Below, one piece after another: positions 39,345-49,064 of a stretch of DNA of 56,191 bases (positions within the stretch are counted from its first letter, which is position 1; each line of letters starts with the position of its first letter). The notes beneath the pieces are model-generated. The model saw only the letters and a program-made list of their open reading frames with translations, had not been told where the DNA came from and did not search any database. This stretch comes from Pelagibacteraceae bacterium (GTDB lineage Bacteria; Pseudomonadota; Alphaproteobacteria; HIMB59; GCA-002718135). The stretch spans positions 1 through 56,191 of the forward strand of contig JAGFWP010000028.1 of the NCBI GenBank assembly GCA_017639935.1, in the 5' to 3' direction. The position numbers and the translations under genes were made by a program.

Positions 39345-40381
39345 ACAAAAACATTTTAATCTTTATCATTATTTTATTGCTGACGATTACCGCTCCGCAC
39401 CTTATTCCCTCTCGCGTTGTGTATTTTACAACCCTGTCTATTTTCATCGTTCTGGCAATGACTTGGGATGTCCAAGGGGGGCAGATGGGATATAATTCTT
39501 TTGGCAACATTGTTTTTTTTGGCCTTGGAATGTACGTTTGCATATCCACTCAGGTCGGGTTGTTTTTTGATGTTTTTGAATGGAATGAATCAGGGGGGGA
39601 AAAAACATTTCTCCATACCCCTAATCAGTATTTTATAGGACTCGTTGCTGGTTTAATTCTTGCTGGGCTTATCCCACCGATTATAGCCTATTTAATTGGC
39701 GGAGGCATTCTTGGCTTGCGCGGTCATTATTTTGCTATTGGCACGCTTGGTCTGGGTGTGGCTGCAGCTGAACTAGCGGGGGGCATTGACACAATTGGAG
39801 GCACCGTGGGCATGACAGTTCCGGTTTTTCCAAAAGAGGTTGGAAACATTCACACTGATAAATTGATCTTTTATTATCTAAGTGTGGCACTTGTTTTTGG
39901 CGCATTCTTTTTTTTACGGTGGTTGTACACCACACGCTTCGGGCTAGCCCTTAACGCCATCCGGGATGACGAGGATAAGGCTGAATCCATGGGAATGCCG
40001 ACTAAAAAATATAAAACGCTTGGATGGTGTATCTCAGCTTTTTTTCTTGGAATCGCTGGCGGTATCAGTGGCAATGTAGTGGGATATGTCGATCCACATG
40101 ACATAGCTTTTGCCGGAGCCACCTTGGGGGTTTGGATGGTTTTGATGGCCATTCTTGGCGGCAAGGGAACATTGTGGGGACCAATAATCGGCGCTATAGT
40201 TTTTTATTTGTTAAAAGATTTTTTGTGGGTGAAGTTCCTCGGATGGCAACGCGTTACCCTTGGTTTTTTAATTGTAATTATTGTTATATTCTTTCCTACC
40301 GGCATCATGGGATACTTGCGCACTAAATTTCCGCAAATGTTTGGAGAGGTTGTTGATGAAGGAGAACAAAATAAAACATGA
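39341..40381 (+). CDS. Liv-type ABC permease (LivM-like)
   Basis: GGQMGYNSFG, LRGHYFAI, AIRDDE, LGGKGTLWGP; ATGA overlap fixes the start at 39341. Confidence 0.9.
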   Translation: MNKNILIFIIILLLTITAPHLIPSRVVYFTTLSIFIVLAMTWDVQGGQMGYNSFGNIVFFGLGMYVCISTQVGLFFDVFEWNESGGEKTFLHTPNQYFIGLVAGLILAGLIPPIIAYLIGGGILGLRGHYFAIGTLGLGVAAAELAGGIDTIGGTVGMTVPVFPKEVGNIHTDKLIFYYLSVALVFGAFFFLRWLYTTRFGLALNAIRDDEDKAESMGMPTKKYKTLGWCISAFFLGIAGGISGNVVGYVDPHDIAFAGATLGVWMVLMAILGGKGTLWGPIIGAIVFYLLKDFLWVKFLGWQRVTLGFLIVIIVIFFPTGIMGYLRTKFPQMFGEVVDEGEQNKT

Positions 40382-41121
40382 CGCAGATTTTAAACGTTGA
40401 AGGCGCATCTAAATCTTTTGGCGGCGTTGTTGCCAATGAAGATATTTCCATTAAAGTTAATCAAGGTGAAATTGTTGGCTTGATTGGCCCAAATGGTTCT
40501 GGAAAAACAACTCTTTTTAATTCAATTGTTGGAACACATATTATTGACGGAGGCACGATCCTCTTTGAAGAAAATGACATTACAAATTTCACCATTCCCA
40601 GCATTGCCCGCTTGGGTTTGCTTAGAACTTTTCAAAAAACTAAAATTTACGGTGACATTAATTGCATGAAAAATATGCGAATTAGCATTCCACACGAAGA
40701 AGAGAATATTTTAACAATGTTTTCTAAAATCCCCCCTGAAGAAGACAGGCGCGCGGAGGATTTGCTTAAATTTGTAGGATTGTATGAAAAACGTTTTTTG
40801 CGAGCCGGCGAGTTATCATTTGGTCAACAAAAATTACTGGAATTCGCCATGGCCTTAATGAATAAACCGAAAATGTTATTATTGGATGAACCAACCGCCG
40901 GCATCAATCCAACATTGATCAATAGTTTAATAGAGCGCTTGAAAACCGCCAACAAGGAATTTGGCATTACCCTGTTGGTCATAGAACATAATATGCGCGT
41001 GATCATGAACCTGGCTGAGCGCATTTACTGTCTGGCGCATGGGAAATTACTGGCCGAGGGCTCGCCCGCTGACATCAGAAATAATTCAAAAGTCATTGAT
41101 GCCTATCTTGGAGCCCAGTAA
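40378..41121 (+). CDS. ABC ATP-binding protein (LivG-like)
   Basis: GPNGSGKTT, RTFQ, LSFGQ, LLDEPTAG, AYLG. Confidence 0.92.
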   Translation: MTQILNVEGASKSFGGVVANEDISIKVNQGEIVGLIGPNGSGKTTLFNSIVGTHIIDGGTILFEENDITNFTIPSIARLGLLRTFQKTKIYGDINCMKNMRISIPHEEENILTMFSKIPPEEDRRAEDLLKFVGLYEKRFLRAGELSFGQQKLLEFAMALMNKPKMLLLDEPTAGINPTLINSLIERLKTANKEFGITLLVIEHNMRVIMNLAERIYCLAHGKLLAEGSPADIRNNSKVIDAYLGAQ

Positions 41122-41125
41122 ATAA

Positions 41126-41980
41126 ATGGTTGATGAAAAAATAAAGGGATACGGAGCAGGCACGGTTGAAACAGTCATTTCTTTTGAAAAGATAGCGGAA
41201 GAATCAAAAAAATTATTTTCCAACAAGCCGGACGCGAAACTCCTGGAAGAGATAATTGAAAAGGATTCATACCTGTCAATAGACCTGCTCAAGTCAGGTT
41301 ACGGTAAAATGGAAATTTTACACGATATCAACTTAAGAATTGGAGAGGGGCAGTCACTGTGCCTCATCGGGCCGAACGGAGCGGGAAAGTCAACAGTATT
41401 ACATTCCATATTTGGATTGAATGATATTTTTGATGGAACAATCGCGCTTAAGGGAGAGAACATTACAAGATTAACGCCTCACGAAAAATTAAAAAAGGCT
41501 GGCATCGCCTACATCTTGCAGGACAGCTCCATCTTTCCAGACATGACTGTTGAAGAAAATCTGTGGATGGGGGGGTATCTTGACAGCACGTTTGATAACG
41601 CGAAAGATAAGGCTGTTAAGGTTCTTGATAAATATGAACGCCTGGCACAAAGACGTTATGATAAAGCGAAAGTCCTGTCAGGAGGTGAAAGGCGTTTATT
41701 GGAAATATCACGCGCACTGATCATGGAACCCTCTGTCCTGTTAGTTGATGAACCCTCTATTGGGTTGGAGCCAAAATACATCGATATGGTGTTTAATATT
41801 TTATCTGACCTGCAGAAGGTTGACGGCAAAACAATCATTATGGTCGAGCAAAACGCTAAGAAAGGCCTGGAGTTTGCTGACATTGGATACGTTCTTGCTT
41901 CAGGGGAAGTGGTGCTGGCCGGCAAAGGCGACGATCTTTTAAAAAACGAGGCTGTCGGTCGTTTGTTTCTCGGCGGATAA
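41126..41980 (+). CDS. ABC ATP-binding protein (LivF-like)
   Basis: GPNGAGKST, LSGGE, VDEPSIGL, VEQN, FLGG. Confidence 0.92.
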   Translation: MVDEKIKGYGAGTVETVISFEKIAEESKKLFSNKPDAKLLEEIIEKDSYLSIDLLKSGYGKMEILHDINLRIGEGQSLCLIGPNGAGKSTVLHSIFGLNDIFDGTIALKGENITRLTPHEKLKKAGIAYILQDSSIFPDMTVEENLWMGGYLDSTFDNAKDKAVKVLDKYERLAQRRYDKAKVLSGGERRLLEISRALIMEPSVLLVDEPSIGLEPKYIDMVFNILSDLQKVDGKTIIMVEQNAKKGLEFADIGYVLASGEVVLAGKGDDLLKNEAVGRLFLGG

Positions 41981-42602
41981 TGTTTTATGAACCAAAAAAA
42001 GGGCATCCTTTCAAGGCAGATCCTTTCAACGCCTTAGTTTTTCCCCGTCCAATCGGGTGGATTTCATCGTCATCAAAAAAAGGAATTGCAAACTTAGCTC
42101 CTTATTCTTTTTTCAACGCTGTTGCGTACACGCCCCCTCAAGTCATTTCGCGGCAACAGCTTATCACAGCCAGGGGGGATTGAAAGACAGCATTGCCAAC
42201 ATTTTAGCCACCAAAGAGTTTGTGGTAAGTCTGGCAACAAAAAAACTAATACAGCAAGTTGTTCAAAGCTCCATTGACGCTCCCAATAATGTTGATGAAT
42301 TTATATTAATGAAATTAAAAAAAAGAAAATCAAGAATGGTCAAGCCCCCTTCGGTTGCGGAGAGTCCTGTGAGTCTGGAATGCCGACTCCTGAAAAAAAT
42401 AGATTTAAAGACAACATCGACAAATAAAAATCAAAACAAAATGATCATAGGTGAAGTGGTGGGGATCCACATTGATGATAAGTTCATTAAAAATAATAAG
42501 ATTAACAGTCTTGCCATGCGGGCGATCAGTCGTATGGGGTACACGGAATACAGTGAAGTTGATTCAAGATTTTTGATGGAACGGCCTAAGTGGGGATGTT
42601 AA
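41980..42602 (+). pseudogene. Flavin reductase family (DIM6/NTAB-like) protein split by a frameshift
   Basis: First frame has PRPIGWISS and NLAPYSFFN; second frame continues KDS..N..EFVV, PP.VAESP..LEC, GEVVGIH, RMGY; one base missing near 42145-42148. Confidence 0.75.
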
Positions 42603-42620
42603 ACAGAGAGAACAAAATAA

Positions 42621-44030
42621 ATGTATGAATCATTTTATCGAAAAGTAAGTTTCGGACTCGGTCCAGAAGATACAGTTCCATCCGATCCTCTCAAATGGGC
42701 GCGTAATCAACTTGATGAAGTTCCTCCATTCATATGGGGAGGAAAAATCTTCTCTGAAAAAGAGATGCGTAAAAAATATGGTGAATGGGTTTATGGAGAC
42801 AGGAAGGTTTTACGAAAAAAATATAAAAATAATAAAACTAAGTACAAAAGTGAAAAAAACAAGTTGCGGAATAAAACTGGTGAGAGATTTTTTGAAAGTA
42901 ACGAACTGACAATAAGACATTATGAAGCCATCAACGGCAATTCACCCGTTTTTGAACGGTTTTGGCATTTTTGGGGAAATCATTTTGCCATTAGTGAGAA
43001 AGATTTTCTGGCTGAGTTTAGCGTGGGCCCCTATCAGCGTGAAATAATAAGACCAAATATGGTCAATACTTTTGAACAGATGGTAAGGGATGTGACTACG
43101 TCATGGTGCATGATTCATCACCTCGATAATTCTGAGTCAGTAGGCCCCTTATCCAGACGGGGAATAGAAGACAGAGAGACGATAAATGAAAATCATGCAA
43201 GAGAATTACTCGAACTTCACACCATATCGCCTGAAGCTGGATATTCCCAAGAAGACGTTATCCAAATGACGTATGTTATGACGGGATGGGAACATAAATG
43301 GAATCAAAAAAGACTGGAGACTGGAGATGTTTGGTTTAATTTTAAAACACATCAGCCCAATAACAAGACAATTCTTGGAAAAGAATATGCTCCGGACGGC
43401 AAACGTGAACTTTTTCATGTCATCAAAGATCTTGTTCATCATCCAAATTGCAAAAAATTTATTGCAACGAAATTATGCCGGCATTTTATAACGGATAACC
43501 CAACAGAAGATATGATTAATCCTGTTATTAAAGCTTGGGAAAAGTCTGACGGTCATCTGCCTGAGATTCATAAGGCCGTTGTCAAACAAGCATGGGATTA
43601 CGCAAGCAGAACAAGAAAATTTCAACAACCTGAGACATGGGCATTGCAAATGGCACGCATATTTGGATTTTATTGGACACCTGAGCCTGACAAAATGAAA
43701 TATGATTTTAAACACGAACCATTGGATTCACAAAGAGAGATTGAATGGACTTTAGAGGAGTTAGGACACCTGCCTTATCGTCCAGCGCAACCAAATGGAT
43801 GGTCAGATTTCGAAGAAGACTGGATCTCTCCTGAGTTAATGATACGACGATTAATATTTGCCTCCAAAATGGCCAACAGGGGACTTGTGAGAGATGATGA
43901 TATTATAAAAAATATGATTGAAAAAAATTTTGATCAACCTGAAAAAATTTATGAATTATTTGACAACCAAGACAATTATAAAAATAAGTTTGCAATAGTT
44001 TGTAATTCTCCGGAGATGTTAAAAGCATGA
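42621..44030 (+). CDS. DUF1800 family protein
   Basis: FWGNHFA, LDN, NENHARELLELHT, TGW, HP..FIATKL..HF, PNGW. Confidence 0.88.
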   Translation: MYESFYRKVSFGLGPEDTVPSDPLKWARNQLDEVPPFIWGGKIFSEKEMRKKYGEWVYGDRKVLRKKYKNNKTKYKSEKNKLRNKTGERFFESNELTIRHYEAINGNSPVFERFWHFWGNHFAISEKDFLAEFSVGPYQREIIRPNMVNTFEQMVRDVTTSWCMIHHLDNSESVGPLSRRGIEDRETINENHARELLELHTISPEAGYSQEDVIQMTYVMTGWEHKWNQKRLETGDVWFNFKTHQPNNKTILGKEYAPDGKRELFHVIKDLVHHPNCKKFIATKLCRHFITDNPTEDMINPVIKAWEKSDGHLPEIHKAVVKQAWDYASRTRKFQQPETWALQMARIFGFYWTPEPDKMKYDFKHEPLDSQREIEWTLEELGHLPYRPAQPNGWSDFEEDWISPELMIRRLIFASKMANRGLVRDDDIIKNMIEKNFDQPEKIYELFDNQDNYKNKFAIVCNSPEMLKA

Positions 44031-45184
44031 ACTGCACCAGAAGAGATTTTTTAATTGGAGGAGCGGCCAGTGTTTTCTTAACCGGCATTAATTTACCTTC
44101 ACGAGCAATGGCAAAAGAAAAAAAGAATTTAATTATTATATCCCTTCGAGGAGGGATGGACGGATTAACCGCTGTTCCTGTCATAGGAGATAAAAATTTA
44201 ATAAAATTAAGAAAAAAACTAATTGTTGAAGGCACCCATAAATTAAACTCGGATTTCGCCTTACATCCGAAATTAAACACTTTTTATGAATTGTGGAAAA
44301 ACAACCAAGCCGCGTTTGTTCATGCCACGAGCATTCCTTACACTGGCAGATCTCATTTTGACGGGCAAAATTTAATGGAGTCTGGCGGTAAAGTGCCTTA
44401 TCAGGAAAAAACAGGTTGGTTGGGACGGGGCATGAAGGCAGCCAATTATGTCGGTGAAGGTTTAGCGTTGGCACTGCCCATGCCGTTGTTACTTCGAGGA
44501 GTGCCGTTGAATGACAATTACTACCCGGCAAAAGGAAGCCTACCATCAAATACTGTTTTAGAGTCTTTATCTTCTGTTTATAAAGAAAGCGGGGAGAAAA
44601 ATCTGCAGATGGTAATGGACATCATTCAAAAAAGACCTCTTTCCATGATGACATCGGGAAGGGCCGGAAGAAACCATCGATCGCTGGCCAAGGAAACAGC
44701 AAAATTGCTTCGCGTTGAAGACGGACCCAGTATCGCGGTCTTCGATCTGGATGGGTTTGATACTCACGCCGGTCAATGCGGAGATGACGGTCTTCACGGT
44801 GACCGCCTGGAAGAAATAGATGACATTGTAGAAGAATTGAAAGACAATCTTGGCGATTCTTTCGACAATACTCTTATTCTCACTTTAACTGAGTTTGGAA
44901 GAACTGTTAAGCAGAACGGCGGGAATGGAACAGATCACGGGTGGGGCAGTGCGATTTTAATGGCGGGAGGTTTATTAAAAAGCGCACAAGTACACACCGA
45001 TTGGCCAGGACTGAAGAAAAGTAATCTTTTTGAAGGAAGAGACTTACTGTCAACCCTTGATGCACGGGCAGTATATTTATCGGCGATGGCAGTTTGTTTT
45101 AATGTTGAACCGGAATTATTCCGACGAGAAGTTTTTTGGGAGGATAATCTCTCCGATTTAACCGCATCACTTTTTAAAATATAA
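44027..45184 (+). CDS. DUF1501 family Tat-exported protein
   Basis: TRRDFL signal, LRGGMDGL, RSHFDGQ, GWLGR, GFDTH, TEFGRT, GTDHG. Confidence 0.88.
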   Translation: MNCTRRDFLIGGAASVFLTGINLPSRAMAKEKKNLIIISLRGGMDGLTAVPVIGDKNLIKLRKKLIVEGTHKLNSDFALHPKLNTFYELWKNNQAAFVHATSIPYTGRSHFDGQNLMESGGKVPYQEKTGWLGRGMKAANYVGEGLALALPMPLLLRGVPLNDNYYPAKGSLPSNTVLESLSSVYKESGEKNLQMVMDIIQKRPLSMMTSGRAGRNHRSLAKETAKLLRVEDGPSIAVFDLDGFDTHAGQCGDDGLHGDRLEEIDDIVEELKDNLGDSFDNTLILTLTEFGRTVKQNGGNGTDHGWGSAILMAGGLLKSAQVHTDWPGLKKSNLFEGRDLLSTLDARAVYLSAMAVCFNVEPELFRREVFWEDNLSDLTASLFKI

Positions 45185-45276
45185 CCTTCCTTAAAATCAT
45201 TCGCAGCTGATGTCTGAGTTGTGATTATATAAAAAAAATAAACTTACGAATCACAATTTTATAATTATTATCATCT

Positions 45277-46383
45277 ATGGTTCATAATATAATTTCCAGA
45301 TATTCTATAACTTTTGATGACGTTCTTCTCTCGCCCGGTTTTTCCAATGTAAAGCCAAAGGACGTCGTCACTTCTGTTAAACTTGCGAATTTAAATCTTA
45401 GTATGCCCATTATATCTTCCGCGATGGACACAGTTACAGAGAGTAAAATGGCCATTGGGATGTCACTTTGTGGTGGATTAGGTGTAATTCATCGCAATAT
45501 ATCCGTTCAAAAACAAGTAAAAGAGGTTCAAAAGGTAAAACAATACAAGATAAAAAAATCCACATCTATGAACTCGAGCCTGGATAAGAAAGGCAATTTA
45601 TTAGTAGCGGCTGCCATAGGTGTTGAAAATAATGCTTTTCAAAGATTGTCGAAATTGCTTGATGCAGGAGTTGATGCTATTTTTATTGATGTGGCGCATG
45701 CGCACACAAAGACAACCTTAGATTTTATTAAAGTTGCGAAAAAGAAACTGAAAAAAACTCCCTTGGTTGTTGGAAACATTGCAACCAAAGAGGCAGCTCT
45801 TGCTCTTATTAACATTGGCGTCGATGCTATTAAGGTTGGCATAGGACCAGGTTCCATATGCACTACAAGAATAATTACCGGAGTCGGCGTTCCCCAGCTG
45901 TCAGCCATTATCGATGTTTTTAGCGTAGCCTCTAAACATAAGATTCCCGTAATTGCCGATGGAGGCATTAAAACATCCGGAGACATTGCCAAGGCCATTG
46001 CGGGCGGCGCGACTGTATGTATGATTGGATCACTGCTTGCAGGAACGGACGAGTCTCCTGGTAATAAAATAAAAATTAAAGACATTATTTATAAAAAATA
46101 TCGCGGCATGGGCTCAGTTGGAGCAATGCAAAGAGGTTCTTTTGATCGATATTCACAAGAAGAGACAAAAGATATAAATAAATTAGTGGCAGAGGGTGTT
46201 GAAGGGATGGTTCCTTACAAAGGTAAAGTGGAACATGTCTTGTATCAACTAATAGGCGGCTTAAAATCATCTATGGGTTACACCGGACATCGTACAATTA
46301 AAAAAATGCAGAATAATTGTGAGTATGTCTTTATCTCAAAAGCTGGCGCCCGCGAAAGTGACGTGCACGATATTATACGTTAA
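45277..46383 (+). CDS. guaB: IMP dehydrogenase (no CBS domains)
   Basis: TFDDVLL, AMDTVTE, GIGPGSICTT, IADGG, YRGMGS, EGVEG. Confidence 0.92.
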   Translation: MVHNIISRYSITFDDVLLSPGFSNVKPKDVVTSVKLANLNLSMPIISSAMDTVTESKMAIGMSLCGGLGVIHRNISVQKQVKEVQKVKQYKIKKSTSMNSSLDKKGNLLVAAAIGVENNAFQRLSKLLDAGVDAIFIDVAHAHTKTTLDFIKVAKKKLKKTPLVVGNIATKEAALALINIGVDAIKVGIGPGSICTTRIITGVGVPQLSAIIDVFSVASKHKIPVIADGGIKTSGDIAKAIAGGATVCMIGSLLAGTDESPGNKIKIKDIIYKKYRGMGSVGAMQRGSFDRYSQEETKDINKLVAEGVEGMVPYKGKVEHVLYQLIGGLKSSMGYTGHRTIKKMQNNCEYVFISKAGARESDVHDIIR

Positions 46384-46385
46384 AT

Positions 46386-46874
46386 TTATTTCGGATCTTT
46401 CGGTTTGGTGGGAACTGCTTTTTCCATATTGATAATAAATTTATCAAGCTTAGTTGCAATTTTTTTATCTTTTAATGCCAAAATTCGAATGGCTGCCAAA
46501 CCCGCATTTTTTGAACCCGCCTTACCTATGGACATTGTTGGAACAGGAATGCCAGAAGGCATTTGAACAATGGAGAGCAGGCTGTCTAAGCCAGAAAGGG
46601 TGCTTGTCATGGGCACGCCTAAAACAGGGAGAGGCGTAAGCGCGGCCGTGACACCCGGTAAATGAGCAGCTCCGCCTGCAGCAGCGATAATGACTTGAAT
46701 GCCGCGTTTTTTCGCATTTTTGCAAAAATCAGAATGACGTTTTGTCGTGCGGTGAGCAGAGATGATCTTGCATTCATGCATAATGTTGAATTCTTTTAGA
46801 ACATCGGAAGCCGGTTTAACTGCTTCCCAGTCGGATTGACTGCCCATGATGATACTGACGACAGGTTTTGTCAT
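46386..46874 (-). CDS. purE: N5-CAIR mutase (class I PurE)
   Basis: [26 protein letters not shown]. Confidence 0.95.
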   Translation of the reverse strand: MTKPVVSIIMGSQSDWEAVKPASDVLKEFNIMHECKIISAHRTTKRHSDFCKNAKKRGIQVIIAAAGGAAHLPGVTAALTPLPVLGVPMTSTLSGLDSLLSIVQMPSGIPVPTMSIGKAGSKNAGLAAIRILALKDKKIATKLDKFIINMEKAVPTKPKDPK

Positions 46875-46875
46875 T

Positions 46876-47778
46876 CTACACCCCTTTAAATTGATTTGTT
46901 AATTCTGTCACGAGTTGATATTTATTGGAAACTTTAGAGAGATTTTCCCCTTCGCGAAAAGATTGTTTATCAAGTTGTTTATCAGGACGACCGCCCGGCC
47001 AAATACGCCAACTGTCATTATCCACCACGTCCGATAAAACTAATTTTCTGTCTTTTGTTCGAAATCCTAACTCAAATTTGATGTCAACTAAATGCACAGG
47101 ACCGTCAACGGTAGATACTTCCATCCAGTTTTTTTCCAGCGCCTCAAAGCTTGGAATAACAATATCATTGATGGCAGTATTCAATTCCTCTTCATTCAGT
47201 AGGTTAGGCGTGCGCATTAACGCATCACCTATTACAGGATCTTTGGCGGAAAATAAGTCCCATTTATCACCAATTTTAACGTAGGGATCGGTGTAGACGC
47301 CATCTTCCCATCTTCCATCTCGCAGATACTTGTCCCTTGCATCATTTTCATCCATTTGTGTTGGCGTCTCAACATGGGGCGGCATAATAGCCGAGTGTTT
47401 GTGAAAAATTTCCCAAACGGGCTTGTCAAAACGATGAGGATTTTCAATATCTTTTTTATACTGAGTGTTTCTCAGTAAATAACTACCCCAGGCATAACGT
47501 CTTACAACAAATTCTAAAGGAAGCATGTCACACGCATCACACAGAATTGTGTTGGGTGATGATAATTCAATGTAAGATGTTGGAATATTGTTATGTTTGA
47601 GCGTTTTAAATACATTGGAAGCTTGTTTTGTTTTTTGAATGCCAATGTCCGTAATTTCTTCTTTTCTTGCCGCGTCCCCTCCTGTTAAAAAATCTTTAGC
47701 AAGCATTCTTACCGTGTGCGGGCTTTTTCCCTTTTGAATAATTTTTGTTTTTCCTTCAATTAATACTTCATTTCTCAT
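46876..47778 (-). CDS. purC: SAICAR synthetase, PAICS-like subtype
   Basis: [42 protein letters not shown]. Confidence 0.9.
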   Translation of the reverse strand: MRNEVLIEGKTKIIQKGKSPHTVRMLAKDFLTGGDAARKEEITDIGIQKTKQASNVFKTLKHNNIPTSYIELSSPNTILCDACDMLPLEFVVRRYAWGSYLLRNTQYKKDIENPHRFDKPVWEIFHKHSAIMPPHVETPTQMDENDARDKYLRDGRWEDGVYTDPYVKIGDKWDLFSAKDPVIGDALMRTPNLLNEEELNTAINDIVIPSFEALEKNWMEVSTVDGPVHLVDIKFELGFRTKDRKLVLSDVVDNDSWRIWPGGRPDKQLDKQSFREGENLSKVSNKYQLVTELTNQFKGV

Positions 47779-49049
47779 TTTGCATACCTATATCCTATAT
47801 CTTTTCTATAATATCCATCTTTCCATTCAATTTGATCGATGGTTGAATAAACATTATCCCTTGCTTTATTAATTGTCTCACCCAGGCTGCTTACCGCCAA
47901 CACTCTTCCGCCATTCGATACCCAATTTCCATTTTGTTTTTTTGTTCCTGCATGAAAAACGTAGTGGTCTGGAGATAGATTAATTATATCTAAATTTGGC
48001 ATCGGTGTACCTCTTGGGTAATCCTCCGGATATCCCTTAGTAGACATAACAACAGTCATGCAATAACGATGGTCCCATTCAATTTCCTTTATCTGGTTCA
48101 ATTTTCCTATTGACGCTGCACGCAATATTTCGAGAACATCACTTCTAATACGTGGAAGAATAGCTTGTGTTTCAGGATCACCAAATCGAACATTAACCTC
48201 TAATAACCTCGGACCATGTTTTGTGAGAATAATTCCAGCATAAAACATTCCCCTAAAAGCAATGCCTCTATTTTGCAAAGCTTTCACAATCGGAGCGACA
48301 AACTGATTACTTAATGCACGCAATCGATCATTAGAAATAGAAGGTGCCGGACAATAAGCCCCCATGCCACCCGTGTTCAAACCTTTTTCACCTTCATTTA
48401 TTTTTTTATGATCTTGTGCCGTAGTCAGAGGTAAAATAAATCCACTGGCGTCAACAAGAGAAAATAAACTTACCTCCTCTCCCTCTAAAAACTCTTCGAT
48501 AATAATTTCTTTTCCAGCATCACTAAAAGCTTCTTCCTTCATACATTTGAAGACTGCCTGCTCAGCTTCTGTTTGGTTTTGTGCGATAATGACACCTTTG
48601 CCAGCTGCCAAACCATCAGCTTTAATGACGGCCGGAAAAGATATGGCGGCACAATATTCACAGGCTTCTTCAAAATCATCAAATTTTTTATATCGCCCTG
48701 TCGGCACATCATATTCATCACAAATTTCTTTTGTATATATTTTTGATTTTTCGAGCATGGCCCCTTTCTGATCTGGACCAAAGGCAGCAATGTTATTAAT
48801 TTCTAAGTCGTCGACAAGTCCATTAGTCAAGGGAAATTCAGGCCCTACCGCAACAAACGTAATGTTTCGTTGTTTACAAAATTCTACAACAGCCTGATTA
48901 TCATTGATGTTAACGGGATGGCATTCAGCAATTGAGGCGATAGCGTCACTTCCTGGAATGCAAAATAGTTTCTCACATTGCGGGGATTCTTGAATGGATG
49001 AACATAAAGCATGTTCACGACCTCCGTTTCCTACAACTAAAACGTTCAT
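47775..49049 (-). CDS. purD: Phosphoribosylamine--glycine ligase
   Basis: GNGGREHAL, KADGLAAGKGV, QDHK, NTGGMGAY, NVRFGDPE. Confidence 0.96.
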   Translation of the reverse strand: MNVLVVGNGGREHALCSSIQESPQCEKLFCIPGSDAIASIAECHPVNINDNQAVVEFCKQRNITFVAVGPEFPLTNGLVDDLEINNIAAFGPDQKGAMLEKSKIYTKEICDEYDVPTGRYKKFDDFEEACEYCAAISFPAVIKADGLAAGKGVIIAQNQTEAEQAVFKCMKEEAFSDAGKEIIIEEFLEGEEVSLFSLVDASGFILPLTTAQDHKKINEGEKGLNTGGMGAYCPAPSISNDRLRALSNQFVAPIVKALQNRGIAFRGMFYAGIILTKHGPRLLEVNVRFGDPETQAILPRIRSDVLEILRAASIGKLNQIKEIEWDHRYCMTVVMSTKGYPEDYPRGTPMPNLDIINLSPDHYVFHAGTKKQNGNWVSNGGRVLAVSSLGETINKARDNVYSTIDQIEWKDGYYRKDIGYRYAK

Positions 49050-49064
49050 CTTTTTAAAAATTCA

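Noticed and set aside
45219-45256. TTGTGATT...AATCACAA inverted repeat before guaB as a CRP site or riboswitch
   Set aside because: Half-sites are too far apart for CRP, and no purine riboswitch core is visible.
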